The notes beneath the pieces are model-generated. The model saw only the letters and a program-made list of their open reading frames with translations. It did no database searches and was not told the DNA's origin. Source: an uncultured Chloroflexia bacterium (lineage in GTDB: Bacteria > Chloroflexota > Limnocylindria > QHBO01). From it: a DNA stretch of 64,000 nt. Numbering within the stretch: the stretch's first letter is position 1; each line of letters starts with the position of its first letter. The translations under genes were made by a program, and so were the position numbers. Below are positions 35,373-47,523 of the stretch, in pieces. The stretch spans positions 331,062 through 395,061 of the forward strand of contig CAVPGY010000001.1 in NCBI GenBank assembly GCA_963704115.1, in the 5' to 3' direction.

Positions 35373-35786
35373 TCAGTGACCGTTGGCGTTTCCGTTCGGG
35401 AGGTGCTGCTCGCCTGACCCGTTTCCCGAGCCGCGGAGGCGCCGGGTACGGACACCGATGTAGGTCTGCATGAGCTCGCGCACGTCGGCCTCGGTGAGCG
35501 TCTCGTCCCCGCGCAATGCGTACTCGACGCGCGTCGTCGGTAGGACCTGGCGCGCGTTCAGCGAGGCGAAGTACGCCGGCCCCTGCGAATCATCGGCGAT
35601 CTCTCGGAGGCCGCGGGCCAGCCGGGTGGCGGTGCCGAGCGACGGCATCCGGTCGCCCTTGATCAGCCGGCTGATCGTGGAGTGATCCACGCCGGACTGG
35701 AGCGCCAGCTGCCGCTGGCTCATCTTCTTCTCCTTCAGCTGGCTGCGCAGCCAGGCGTTGAAGGACCTCGGTGTCTGCAGCGTCAT
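35373..35786 (-). CDS. XRE-family HTH transcriptional regulator
   Basis: 137-aa ORF with HTH KKMSQRQLALQSGVDHSTISRLIKGDRMPSLGTATRLARGL. It is the last gene of the mreB-PHP-UPF0104 string. Confidence 0.8.
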   Translation of the reverse strand: MTLQTPRSFNAWLRSQLKEKKMSQRQLALQSGVDHSTISRLIKGDRMPSLGTATRLARGLREIADDSQGPAYFASLNARQVLPTTRVEYALRGDETLTEADVRELMQTYIGVRTRRLRGSGNGSGEQHLPNGNANGH

Positions 35787-35912
35787 CTGCGACCTTCATG
35801 CGCTGGACGCCACCGATGCGGGTGCGACGGTGGTGCGTCCGAGCAACCGCAGCATCGCCTCGGACCGGGGGAGGCTCAATAGGAGGAAGGTACCGGAGTG
35901 GTCCGCGCCGAC

Positions 35913-37019
35913 CTATTGGTCGGGATGCCCGGCGGCCGTCGGGATCGGACGGCCCGTGGGACTGTGGGCGCGACGGACCTTCGGGCTGAACGCGTAGAAC
36001 ACGCCGCCGATGATGATCACCGTCCCGATGCTCAGCCCGCGGTCCACGAGGGCGACGGCGGCCGCCGGCTCCTGGGTGACGCCGTACAGGAAGAGCACAC
36101 CCACGATGCCCGCCTCCACGAAGCCGAATCCTGCGGGGGTCAGGGGGATCGCCGTCAGCAGCGCCGCCGCGAGGGCAACGAAGACCGAGGCGCTGATCCC
36201 CAGTCCGACCTCCGGCAGGGCGAGGGCACGGATCACGAAGTACAGCCGGGCGCCCTCGAGCAGCCAGATGACCCCGGTGAGGGCCAAGATGAACGGCACG
36301 CTCCGCGCCGACAGCAGGCCGGTGCTCCCTTCCTGGAACCGGCCCCAGAGCTCGGCGACGCGCTCCGGCAGCAGCCGGCCGATCTGGCCGCCGAAGACCC
36401 GGAAGCCGATGATGACCACGACCAGGCCGATGGCGACCACGAAGCCGATCGTGAAGATCAGGTCAATCTCGGGCCGCGACCGGCCGCGGAACGACCAGAA
36501 CCCGGCAGCCAGAGCGAGCGAGGCGATGACGATGATGTCGGCCACGCGCTCGATGAAGACCGTACCCACGGTCCGCGAGATCGAGGCGCCGAAGTTCCCG
36601 CGGAGCAGGAACGCCCGGTAGATGTCGCCGAGCTTGGCCGGCACGAGGCAGTTCACGAACCAGGAGAGGAAGAGGATCTCGGTGGAATCGCGGAGACGGA
36701 TCGGCATGCCGCTGCGCGCCAGGACGTACCGCCACCGGAAGCCACGAACCGGGAAGGTCGCGTAGTAGGCGAGGAACGCGAGGAGCAGGAAGCCGAGATC
36801 GGCCCGCCCCACGAGGCGGGCCACCTCGCTCCAGTCGAAATCCTCGCTGAACAGGACGCGCGAGAGCAGGTAGAGCAGCAGCAGCCCGAACAGCAGCGAG
36901 CCGATGGTCCGCACGTTGACGATGCGGCGGCGAAGCGAGACTCGATCGCGCAGGTCGTCGACGCTCTCGTCCGCTCCCGGCCCGATGGCCCCTGAGCCCG
37001 GTTCCTGATCGACGATCAC
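35913..37019 (-). CDS. UPF0104 / lysyl-phosphatidylglycerol-synthase-TM-like (flippase-like) membrane protein
   Basis: GTG at 37019 overlaps the upstream stop (GTGA). It has about 8 TM spans with FRWRYVL...FLSWFVNCLVPAKLGDIYRAFLL..VFIERVADI, which is characteristic of this family. Confidence 0.65.
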   Translation of the reverse strand: MIVDQEPGSGAIGPGADESVDDLRDRVSLRRRIVNVRTIGSLLFGLLLLYLLSRVLFSEDFDWSEVARLVGRADLGFLLLAFLAYYATFPVRGFRWRYVLARSGMPIRLRDSTEILFLSWFVNCLVPAKLGDIYRAFLLRGNFGASISRTVGTVFIERVADIIVIASLALAAGFWSFRGRSRPEIDLIFTIGFVVAIGLVVVIIGFRVFGGQIGRLLPERVAELWGRFQEGSTGLLSARSVPFILALTGVIWLLEGARLYFVIRALALPEVGLGISASVFVALAAALLTAIPLTPAGFGFVEAGIVGVLFLYGVTQEPAAAVALVDRGLSIGTVIIIGGVFYAFSPKVRRAHSPTGRPIPTAAGHPDQ

Positions 37020-37897
37020 TCGTCCTCCGGCTCCTTCGGCGGCAGATCGCTCGGGGCGGGCCGCTGAACGGGCTCGCGGCGGACCTGCTCGGGCGTCTCT
37101 GGACCGAGGATCGGCCCGGTGGCGGTCCGTCTGCCGCGCCATTTGTCGAAGAGGTTCTTCCACACGGCCCAGCGCGTGGTTGCGTGGATCAGGACGCTCG
37201 ATCGACTGGCGTGCCACTCGTTCTCCGCGAGGGAGGCGCGCAGCGCACCGGCCGTGTCGAAGGCGGGCATGGCATTGAAGGCCATGGCGACCTCGAAGCG
37301 CGAGTGCGAGTCACTGGCGGCGATGCCCGGGATGCCGTGGAGCTTCGCGAACTCGGCAGCCTCGAGGTTGTGCCGCTGGAACGTCACGCGGCAGTTGAAG
37401 ACCTCGAGCATGTCGATCTTGCCCATCTCGGCGAGGTTGCGCAGCGGCCCCTCCTTGATGTGCGAGCCGCGGAACGGATCGAACGGATGCGGGATGCTCA
37501 CCAGGCCGCCCTGCCGATGGATCTCGTCGGCCGTCTCGTTGGCCGACAGGCCGCGCGGGATCGTCTTCGTGAGGAAGAGGCCCACCACCTCGCCGTCGGC
37601 GGTGCTGACCTCCTCGCCCAGGATGACGGTGAGCCGATCCTCCAGTCCCAGTTCGACGACCTTCTCGCGGACGGCGATGGCGCCCTCGACGTTGTTGTGG
37701 TTCGTGATCGCGACGTGGGTGAGGCCGCGCTCGACGGCCACCTCGATGAAGCGCTCCTCGGACAGGATCGAGTCTCGGCTGAAGCGGGTGTGGATGTGGA
37801 AGTCCGCAAAGGCGCGCTTCGCGGGTTCGCCGGCCGATCCGGTGCGCTCCTCCTTCAGCGCCGCGCGCAGGTCGGTCGCCGTGGCGGCGATCGTCAT
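37016..37897 (-). CDS. PHP-domain metal-dependent phosphoesterase
   Basis: ATG at 37897 (MTIAATATD), 57 nt downstream of the mreB stop. PHP motifs are FADFHIHTRFSRDS, HVAITNHNN, GLVSIPHPFDP and ASDSHS. Confidence 0.8.
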   Translation of the reverse strand: MTIAATATDLRAALKEERTGSAGEPAKRAFADFHIHTRFSRDSILSEERFIEVAVERGLTHVAITNHNNVEGAIAVREKVVELGLEDRLTVILGEEVSTADGEVVGLFLTKTIPRGLSANETADEIHRQGGLVSIPHPFDPFRGSHIKEGPLRNLAEMGKIDMLEVFNCRVTFQRHNLEAAEFAKLHGIPGIAASDSHSRFEVAMAFNAMPAFDTAGALRASLAENEWHASRSSVLIHATTRWAVWKNLFDKWRGRRTATGPILGPETPEQVRREPVQRPAPSDLPPKEPEDE

Positions 37898-37953
37898 CGG
37901 CCGCTCGCTGGCTGCATCGGCGGCTGTCGCATCGGCTCCATCGGTTGCATCGG

Positions 37954-38946
37954 TCAGTGGGCGACCAGGCTCTTGCGGAACGTGCCGAAGTGCTCGAGCG
38001 CCATCCCGGTGCCGACCGCCACGCTGTTGAGCGCGTTCTCCGCCACGTGGCACGGGATGCCGGTCACCTGGGTCAGGAGCTTGTCGAGGTTCCTCAGCAG
38101 CGCGCCGCCGCCCGTCATGACCATCCCCTTGTCGATGATGTCGGAGCTGAGCTCGGGCGGTGTCTGCTCCAGCACATTCCTGACCGCGGTGATGATGCCC
38201 TGCAGCGGCTGCTCGATCGCCTCGGTGATCTCGGTGGAGGTGATCGGGATCGTGCGCGGCAGACCGGCGATCATGTCGCGACCCTTGACGTCCATGCGCA
38301 GCGGCTCCTCGAGCGGGAGCGCCGAGCCGATCTCGATCTTCACCTGCTCCGCGGTGCGGTCGCCGATCATCAGGTTGTACTTGCGCCGGATGTAGTTGGC
38401 AATCGCCTCGTCGAAGCGGTTGCCGCCAACCCGCAGCGAGTCGCTCACCACGATGCCGCCGAGCGCGATGACGGCGATCTCGCTCGTTCCGCCTCCGATG
38501 TCGATGATCAGGTTGCCGCTCGGCCCGGAGATGGGGACGTTGGCGCCGATGGCCGCCGCCAGCGGCTCCTCGATGAGGTACGCGTCCTTCGCGCCGGCCT
38601 TCAGCGCAGCGTCGCGGACCGCGCGCTTCTCGACGCTCGTGACGCCGGAGGGGACGGAGATCATCACGTCCGGCTTGAACAGGCGGACCCGGGCGACCTT
38701 GTTGATCACGTACCGCAGCATCGCCTCGGTGATGAGGTAGTCGGCGATGACCCCGTCGCGCATCGGGCGAATCGCGCGAACGTTGCCGGGGGTGCGGCCG
38801 ATCATCTCGCGGGCCTCCTCCCCGACCGCCACCAGGCGGTTGTCATCCTCGCTGATCGCCACGACGCTCGGCTCGTTCAGGACGACGCCCTTGCCCTTGA
38901 CGTAGACGAGGATGTTGGCCGTGCCGAGGTCGATGCCGATCTTCAT
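37954..38946 (-). CDS. mreB: Rod-shape-determining actin homolog MreB
   Basis: [20 protein letters not shown]..., [25 protein letters not shown] and [16 protein letters not shown]. The track ORF extends upstream with junk; ATG is at 38946. Confidence 0.95.
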   Translation of the reverse strand: MKIGIDLGTANILVYVKGKGVVLNEPSVVAISEDDNRLVAVGEEAREMIGRTPGNVRAIRPMRDGVIADYLITEAMLRYVINKVARVRLFKPDVMISVPSGVTSVEKRAVRDAALKAGAKDAYLIEEPLAAAIGANVPISGPSGNLIIDIGGGTSEIAVIALGGIVVSDSLRVGGNRFDEAIANYIRRKYNLMIGDRTAEQVKIEIGSALPLEEPLRMDVKGRDMIAGLPRTIPITSTEITEAIEQPLQGIITAVRNVLEQTPPELSSDIIDKGMVMTGGGALLRNLDKLLTQVTGIPCHVAENALNSVAVGTGMALEHFGTFRKSLVAH

Positions 38947-39038
38947 GCGGGTGCGCGCGATCCTCTGCGGAGCGTTGACGGGGTCGGCGGAAGTATACCG
39001 AGGTCCCGCGGTCGCCCCGCGGCCCGCTGGGTCGCCCG

Positions 39039-39079
39039 GTCTCGGTGGTCGTGCCGGGCCCGTCTCGGTGGTTGTGCCG
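39039..39079. repeat. Two 18-nt direct repeats in the mreB upstream region
   Basis: gtctcggtggtcgtgccg (39039-39056) and gtctcggtggttgtgccg (39062-39079) match at 17/18 positions, offset by 23 nt. A third gtctcg follows at about 39085. They lie 93-135 nt upstream of the mreB ATG. Confidence 0.5.
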
Positions 39080-39235
39080 TACCTGTCTCGCAACCTTGCC
39101 CGCTCCGTGAGCAGTTTTCGAGTCGCAGCGCGTCGACTGGAATCCTGCCAGCTTGCGAGCACGTTGCCGGGGCCGTGAGCCGCCGGGGTAGGTAGTTCAC
39201 GCTCAGCAGCGTCCTGATTCGGCGGTGTCTGCCGG

Positions 39236-39945
39236 CTATTGCGCGCGCGGACGAGCAGATTTCGAGAAGCGCACACGGTGGGCGGGCACCGGGGAGCGCC
39301 GCGCGCCGTGGAGCTGGGTGAGCCAGAGCAGCCCGCTCGGCGTCGGCGTCGTCGGCTGTCGCAGCCACGAGAGGGCAGCTCGCCCCAGAACGTCGAACCG
39401 CGCAAAGAGCGGATCGAAGCGCATGAGCCGATTGCGCGTTGTGCGATCCTCGAGGAAGACGATCGCGGGCAGGGTCGCGCGTGCAGACCAGCCGAAGCGA
39501 GCCGCGATGCCCGGCGCCAGCCGCACCTTGGCGTCCAGCGAACCGAGAAGCGCCTGCACATCCACCAGCTCGGACTTGAGCTCGATCACGAGCAGCACGA
39601 GCGTGGCGGGATGAAACGCGAGCAGGTCGATCCGGCCGCGCTCGCCGAAGTGGCTGAAGCTGACCTCGACGCGCACAAGCCAGCCCCAGCGCTCAAGCCG
39701 GCGTTTCACGGCTACGCCGAGCGCCGCGTGCGACTCGTCGAGGAGTCGATCCAGCTCCGGCCCGTTCCACAGCAGCCGAACGTCCAGGCGGCCGCCGAGC
39801 GCTGCGACAGTCCGGTCGCTCGGCCATTCTCCAGCAGTGAGACGGCTCGCCGGCCGACGCCCGCCCGAGCTGCCAGCGACACCTGAGTCAGCCGGTGACG
39901 GATCCGAAGCATCCGGGCCAGCCGTCCGAGCCGCTCCACGTTCAC
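39236..39945 (-). pseudogene. XRE HTH + PD-(D/E)xK-like nuclease-fold protein, one frameshift near 39820-39835
   Basis: GTG at 39945 gives MNVERLGRLARMLRIRHRLTQVSLAARAGVGRRAVSLLENG (HTH). The next frame continues WPSDRTVAALGGRLDVRLLWNG...GRIDLLAF...[12 protein letters not shown] (D...E-x-K) to the stop at 39236. Confidence 0.65.
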
Positions 39946-40019
39946 CCTGCCGATGGTGACGAGCTGCGCTTACCGCGGGCTTACGAGCAGCGGATCGGCA
40001 GGGCCGCGACAATGGACCG

Positions 40020-40862
40020 ATGCCCGAGGGCGACACGATCTTCCGCACCGCAGAGGTCCTGCGCCGCGCCCTGGGCGGTCGCCGCATCACGGCGGCCCGC
40101 GCCCAGCCACGCCCCGGGCTGCGGCGGGTGCCCGACCTGTCGAGGCTCATCGGCGCGACCGTAGGCAGCGTGGAGGCACGTGGCAAGCATCTGCTCATCG
40201 GCTTCGACAACGGGCTGACGCTCCGCAGCCACCTGCGGATGAGCGGGTCGTGGCATCGGTACCGGCCCGGCGAGCCATGGCGGCGACCGATGCGCCAGGC
40301 AAGCGCCATCCTCGAGACCGCCGAATCGGTGGCGGTGGCGTTCAACACGCCGGTCGTGGAGCTGCTGACCGATGCCGAGCTCCGCCGATCGCGTCCCCTG
40401 ACCTCGCTCGGTCCCGACCTTCTGGCGCGGGAGTTCGACGCGGACGAGGCTCTCCATCGGCTGCGCGAGCGCGATGCGGAGCAGTTGGCCAATGCGCTGA
40501 TCGACCAGCGAGCGGTGGCGGGGATCGGCAATGTCTACAAGAGCGAGGTCGCATTCCTCGAGCGGCTTGATCCGTGGGCGGCCATACGCAACTTCACCGA
40601 TGACGAGCTGGGTGGCGCACTGGCCACAGCGAGAAGGTTGCTCCAGGCGAACGTGCGTGGTGGGGCACGCGTCACCACCGGGAGCGGCGCGCGCGGCGAG
40701 GGACTGTGGGTCTACGGTCGAGGCGGACGGCCGTGCCGGCGGTGCGCGACGAGCGTGGAGCAGGCGCGACAGGGCGAGCTCGCGCGACTCACCTTCTGGT
40801 GCCCGCGGTGCCAGCCGCATCGCGACCGCCAGCTGGATATCGCGCGCGAAAGGGAGCAGTAG
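40020..40862 (+). CDS. nei: Fpg/Nei-family DNA glycosylase (endonuclease VIII-like)
   Basis: N-terminal MPEGDTIFRTA (Nei-type), H2TH GIGNVYKSEVAFLERLDPW, and zinc finger CRRC...CPRC. Confidence 0.85.
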   Translation: MPEGDTIFRTAEVLRRALGGRRITAARAQPRPGLRRVPDLSRLIGATVGSVEARGKHLLIGFDNGLTLRSHLRMSGSWHRYRPGEPWRRPMRQASAILETAESVAVAFNTPVVELLTDAELRRSRPLTSLGPDLLAREFDADEALHRLRERDAEQLANALIDQRAVAGIGNVYKSEVAFLERLDPWAAIRNFTDDELGGALATARRLLQANVRGGARVTTGSGARGEGLWVYGRGGRPCRRCATSVEQARQGELARLTFWCPRCQPHRDRQLDIAREREQ

Positions 40863-40874
40863 CGGCGGAGGGCG

Positions 40875-42152
40875 CTAGGCCTCGATGCGGTTGATCCGCG
40901 CCCCGATGGCGACGAGCTTGGCCTCGATCTGCTCGTACCCGCGATCCACGTGCTCGATCCCCGAGATCACCGACGTGCCGTCGGCAATCAACGCCGCGAG
41001 GATGAGCGTGGCGCCGGCGCGCAGGTCGGCGATCCCCACCTCGGCGCCGTGGAGGCGGGCCGGACCGGTGATCCGGGCCCGACGCTCGTCCACCAACTCG
41101 ACCTGGGCGCCCATCCGCACCAGCTCGCGGGTATGGTCGAGCCGGTCCTCGAAGATGGTCTCGTGTATCGAGGACACGCCCTCGGCCTGTGTCATCAGCA
41201 CCGAGAGTGGCGCCTGGAAGTCGGTCGAGAAGCCGGGATAGGGGTCCGTCCGGACGTCGACCGCGCGCAGGTTCGCGGACGATCCGCCCATAACGCGCAG
41301 CGTGGCGGCGACGGCATCGGCCTCGTAGGCAACTCCCATCCGATCACAGACTTCGAGGAAGGCACCGAGGTGGCCGGGATCGATGCCCTGCAGCAGCACA
41401 TCGCCGCGGGTGATGGCGGCCGCGATCGCGAAGGTCTCCGCCTCGAGCCGGTCGCCCAGCACATGATGCTCGGCGCCACCCAGCCGGTCGACTCCCTCCA
41501 CCTCGATCCGTCGGTCGGCAGTCCGCTCGATGCGAGCGCCCATGGCGCGGAGGAGCGAGATGAGATCGTCGACCTCCGGCTCCATGGCCGCGTTGTCGAT
41601 CACCGTGGTCCCGCGGGCGAGCGTCGCGGCGAGCAGCGCGTTCTCGGTGCCCATGACCGACACCGTCGGGAAGCTGATGCTCGCCCCTCGCAGGCCCCCG
41701 CCCGGGGCAGAGGCGAAGTAGTAGCCGTTGCGATACACGATGGAGGCGCCCATGGCCTCCATGGCGGCGACGTGGTAGTCCACCGGTCGCCGTCCGATGC
41801 GATCGCCGCCCGGATTCGGCAGGATGACCCGGCCGAAGCGCGCGAGCATCGGACCCAGCAGGATGAAACTGGCACGCATCTTCAGCGCCGCTTCGAGCGG
41901 GACGAACGGCCACGGTGCATCGGTCGCCTGGATCTCCAGCGCGTCGCCGTTCGAGCGTCGCACCTCGAAGCCGATATCGGACATCAGCCCGCGCAGGATC
42001 GTCACGTCGCTGATCTTCGGGACGTTGTGCAGGATGACCGGCTCATCGGTCAGCGCCGCGGCGGCAATCTCCTTGAGGACGGCGTTCTTCGCCCCGGCGA
42101 TGCGGACCTCACCGTGCAGCGGCGTGCCGCCGGTGATCACGAACTTCTGCAT
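40875..42152 (-). CDS. murA: UDP-N-acetylglucosamine 1-carboxyvinyltransferase
   Basis: ATG at 42152 (MQKFVITGGTPLHGEVRIAGAKNAVL). Full-length EPSP-synthase-fold sequence through ...RGYEQIEAKLVAIGARI. Confidence 0.95.
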   Translation of the reverse strand: MQKFVITGGTPLHGEVRIAGAKNAVLKEIAAAALTDEPVILHNVPKISDVTILRGLMSDIGFEVRRSNGDALEIQATDAPWPFVPLEAALKMRASFILLGPMLARFGRVILPNPGGDRIGRRPVDYHVAAMEAMGASIVYRNGYYFASAPGGGLRGASISFPTVSVMGTENALLAATLARGTTVIDNAAMEPEVDDLISLLRAMGARIERTADRRIEVEGVDRLGGAEHHVLGDRLEAETFAIAAAITRGDVLLQGIDPGHLGAFLEVCDRMGVAYEADAVAATLRVMGGSSANLRAVDVRTDPYPGFSTDFQAPLSVLMTQAEGVSSIHETIFEDRLDHTRELVRMGAQVELVDERRARITGPARLHGAEVGIADLRAGATLILAALIADGTSVISGIEHVDRGYEQIEAKLVAIGARINRIEA

Positions 42153-42189
42153 GGACCGATGGAGTGTAGTGGCTGCCCGTGGTCCCCGC

Positions 42190-42212
42190 GACGTATATAC
42201 CGTATATACGTC
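42190..42212. promoter_or_regulatory. AT-rich perfect palindrome GACGTATATAC-C-GTATATACGTC upstream of murA
   Basis: A 23-nt element with 11-bp inverted arms, which can also be read as two GTATATAC octamers. It is centred ~48 nt upstream of the murA ATG and overlaps the stop of the upstream small gene. A near-identical element lies upstream of atpG. Confidence 0.5.
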
Positions 42213-42537
42213 AGCCCGGGAACGCTTCTTTCCACTCGTGGCCACCCTGGTGGTGGCCGTCGCAGAGGCCGAGGCGCCCGCCCATGTGCCGCGAGGGCAG
42301 GTACGGCTGCATCCCGGCCTCGAACGGCGTCGGCTGGCGGTTGCACAGCATCATCCGCTGCTCGCGGGCCCAGGTGTAGAGATGGTCGGACGAGCAGAAC
42401 CGATACGGCTTCGTGAAGTTGACGGTCTCGCCATGCGCAGGCGTGCTCGGCAGGCCGATCGGTCCCGCCTCGCGCACGATCTCGATCCGGACGGGGAGCT
42501 GGGGCATGCGCGTGCCGCACTGGTCGCAGGACAGCAT
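42211..42537 (-). CDS. Hypothetical 108-aa Cys/His-rich protein
   Basis: MLSCDQCGTRMPQLPVRIEIV...YRFCSSDHLYTW...LCNRQ...LCDGHHQGGHEW. Composition is protein-like. Its start is 3 nt after the stop of the upstream small ORF. I recognise no family. Confidence 0.5.
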   Translation of the reverse strand: MLSCDQCGTRMPQLPVRIEIVREAGPIGLPSTPAHGETVNFTKPYRFCSSDHLYTWAREQRMMLCNRQPTPFEAGMQPYLPSRHMGGRLGLCDGHHQGGHEWKEAFPG

Positions 42538-42540
42538 CGG

Positions 42541-42789
42541 TCAGGCCAGGTAGTGCGCGCCGTCGTCCTCGCGATGGTGCGCGACGAAGTCCGGATCGCG
42601 GTTCGGGTCCTCGCCGATCGGCGAGCCCCTGTGCGGCTTGAAGTCGACCGGGCAGATGAACGGGTACTCCCGCCCGATCTTGCGGAGCTCCTGCATGCGC
42701 CGATGCCCCTGCTGGTCGGGCGCGCCCTCCGGACCGCGCAGGTGCGCGCGCTCGGCCTCGTCGGCGGTCAATGGTCGCTTCTCGTCCAT
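42541..42789 (-). CDS. Hypothetical 82-aa protein
   Basis: ATG at 42789 gives MDEKRPLTADEAERAHLRGPEG...REYPFICPVDFKPHRGSPIGEDPNRDPDFVAHHREDDGAHYLA. Residue composition is balanced. The upstream part of the track ORF falls in the repeat region. Confidence 0.5.
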   Translation of the reverse strand: MDEKRPLTADEAERAHLRGPEGAPDQQGHRRMQELRKIGREYPFICPVDFKPHRGSPIGEDPNRDPDFVAHHREDDGAHYLA

Positions 42790-42808
42790 GCGTCGGATGG
42801 TACCGCGC

Positions 42809-43000
42809 CGATGGATTGGGCACGACGACACGACGGGTCCACGTGGCGTGCAGAGCGGCCGATCTATCGGGCACGGCGGCGCAGGCGCAGTTGTCCAGAG
42901 CCCGTCCGTGCTTCGTTGCCCGATGTATCGGGTACAGCGAGGCGGGAAGGGGCGAAATGCGCCCAACTGCCCGATCCATCGGCAGGGGCGCGCGGCCCGG
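42809..43000. repeat. Four degenerate 51-61-nt units related to the 52-bp tandem repeat at 63109..63440
   Basis: CCGAT-NN-ATCGG-type palindromes start at 42809 (ccgatggattggg), 42860 (ccgatctatcggg), 42921 (cccgatgtatcggg) and 42972 (cccgatccatcgg). The second unit shares ccgatctatcgggc, gcggcgca and cccgtccg-tgc with the tandem unit. The block lies immediately downstream of atpC. Confidence 0.55.
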
Positions 43001-43002
43001 CC

Positions 43003-43413
43003 CTAGCCGCGAGAGCGGCGGCGGGTCGCGATCCGTTCGCGCATGAGGGCGGTCTGGAGGGCGGCGCGGACGCGGGCGATGTCGACCGGGTCCTTCGAGG
43101 ACTCGAGCTCGGCCTCGGCGCGACGGCGGGCCTCGACGGCCTTCGCCTCGTCGATCTCGTCGGAATGCTCGGCGAGGTCGGCCATGACGATGACCTTGTC
43201 CGGCCGCACCTCGACGAACCCGCCGCTGATGAGGAGCGACTGCTCCGTGCCGCCCTTCTTGATCCGCAGCTCGCCGGTGCCGAGCGCCGTGATCATGCGG
43301 GTGTGGTGGGGCAGGATGCCGAGCTGGCCATCGATGCCCGGCACGATGACCTCGTCCACCTCATCGGTGTAGGCGCGGCGCTCCGGCGAGACGATCTCCA
43401 GCTGCAGGGGCAT
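43003..43413 (-). CDS. atpC: F1 ATP synthase epsilon subunit
   Basis: MPLQLEIVSPERRAYTDEVDEVIVPGIDGQLGILPHH... Confidence 0.95.
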   Translation of the reverse strand: MPLQLEIVSPERRAYTDEVDEVIVPGIDGQLGILPHHTRMITALGTGELRIKKGGTEQSLLISGGFVEVRPDKVIVMADLAEHSDEIDEAKAVEARRRAEAELESSKDPVDIARVRAALQTALMRERIATRRRSRG

Positions 43414-43416
43414 CGG

Positions 43417-45746
<2,330 letters not shown>

Positions 45747-45765
45747 GCGCTATGCGCCCGCCAGC

Positions 45766-45782
45766 GTATATACGGTATCTAC
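45766..45782. promoter_or_regulatory. GTATATAC-G-GTATCTAC element between atpA and atpG
   Basis: A second copy (16/17 by eye, allowing for the central base) of the murA-upstream motif. It lies 20-36 nt upstream of the atpG ATG. Confidence 0.45.
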
Positions 45783-45798
45783 TCCTGAGCCGCTCACC

Positions 45799-47499
<1,701 letters not shown>

Positions 47500-47523
47500 C
47501 TGTGTTCCTTTACTCCCTATCGC

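Noticed and set aside
35877-35917. CAATAGG...CCTATTG inverted repeat after the UPF0104 gene as a terminator
   Set aside because: It has only a 7-bp stem with a 27-nt loop and no U-tract, which is too weak to call.
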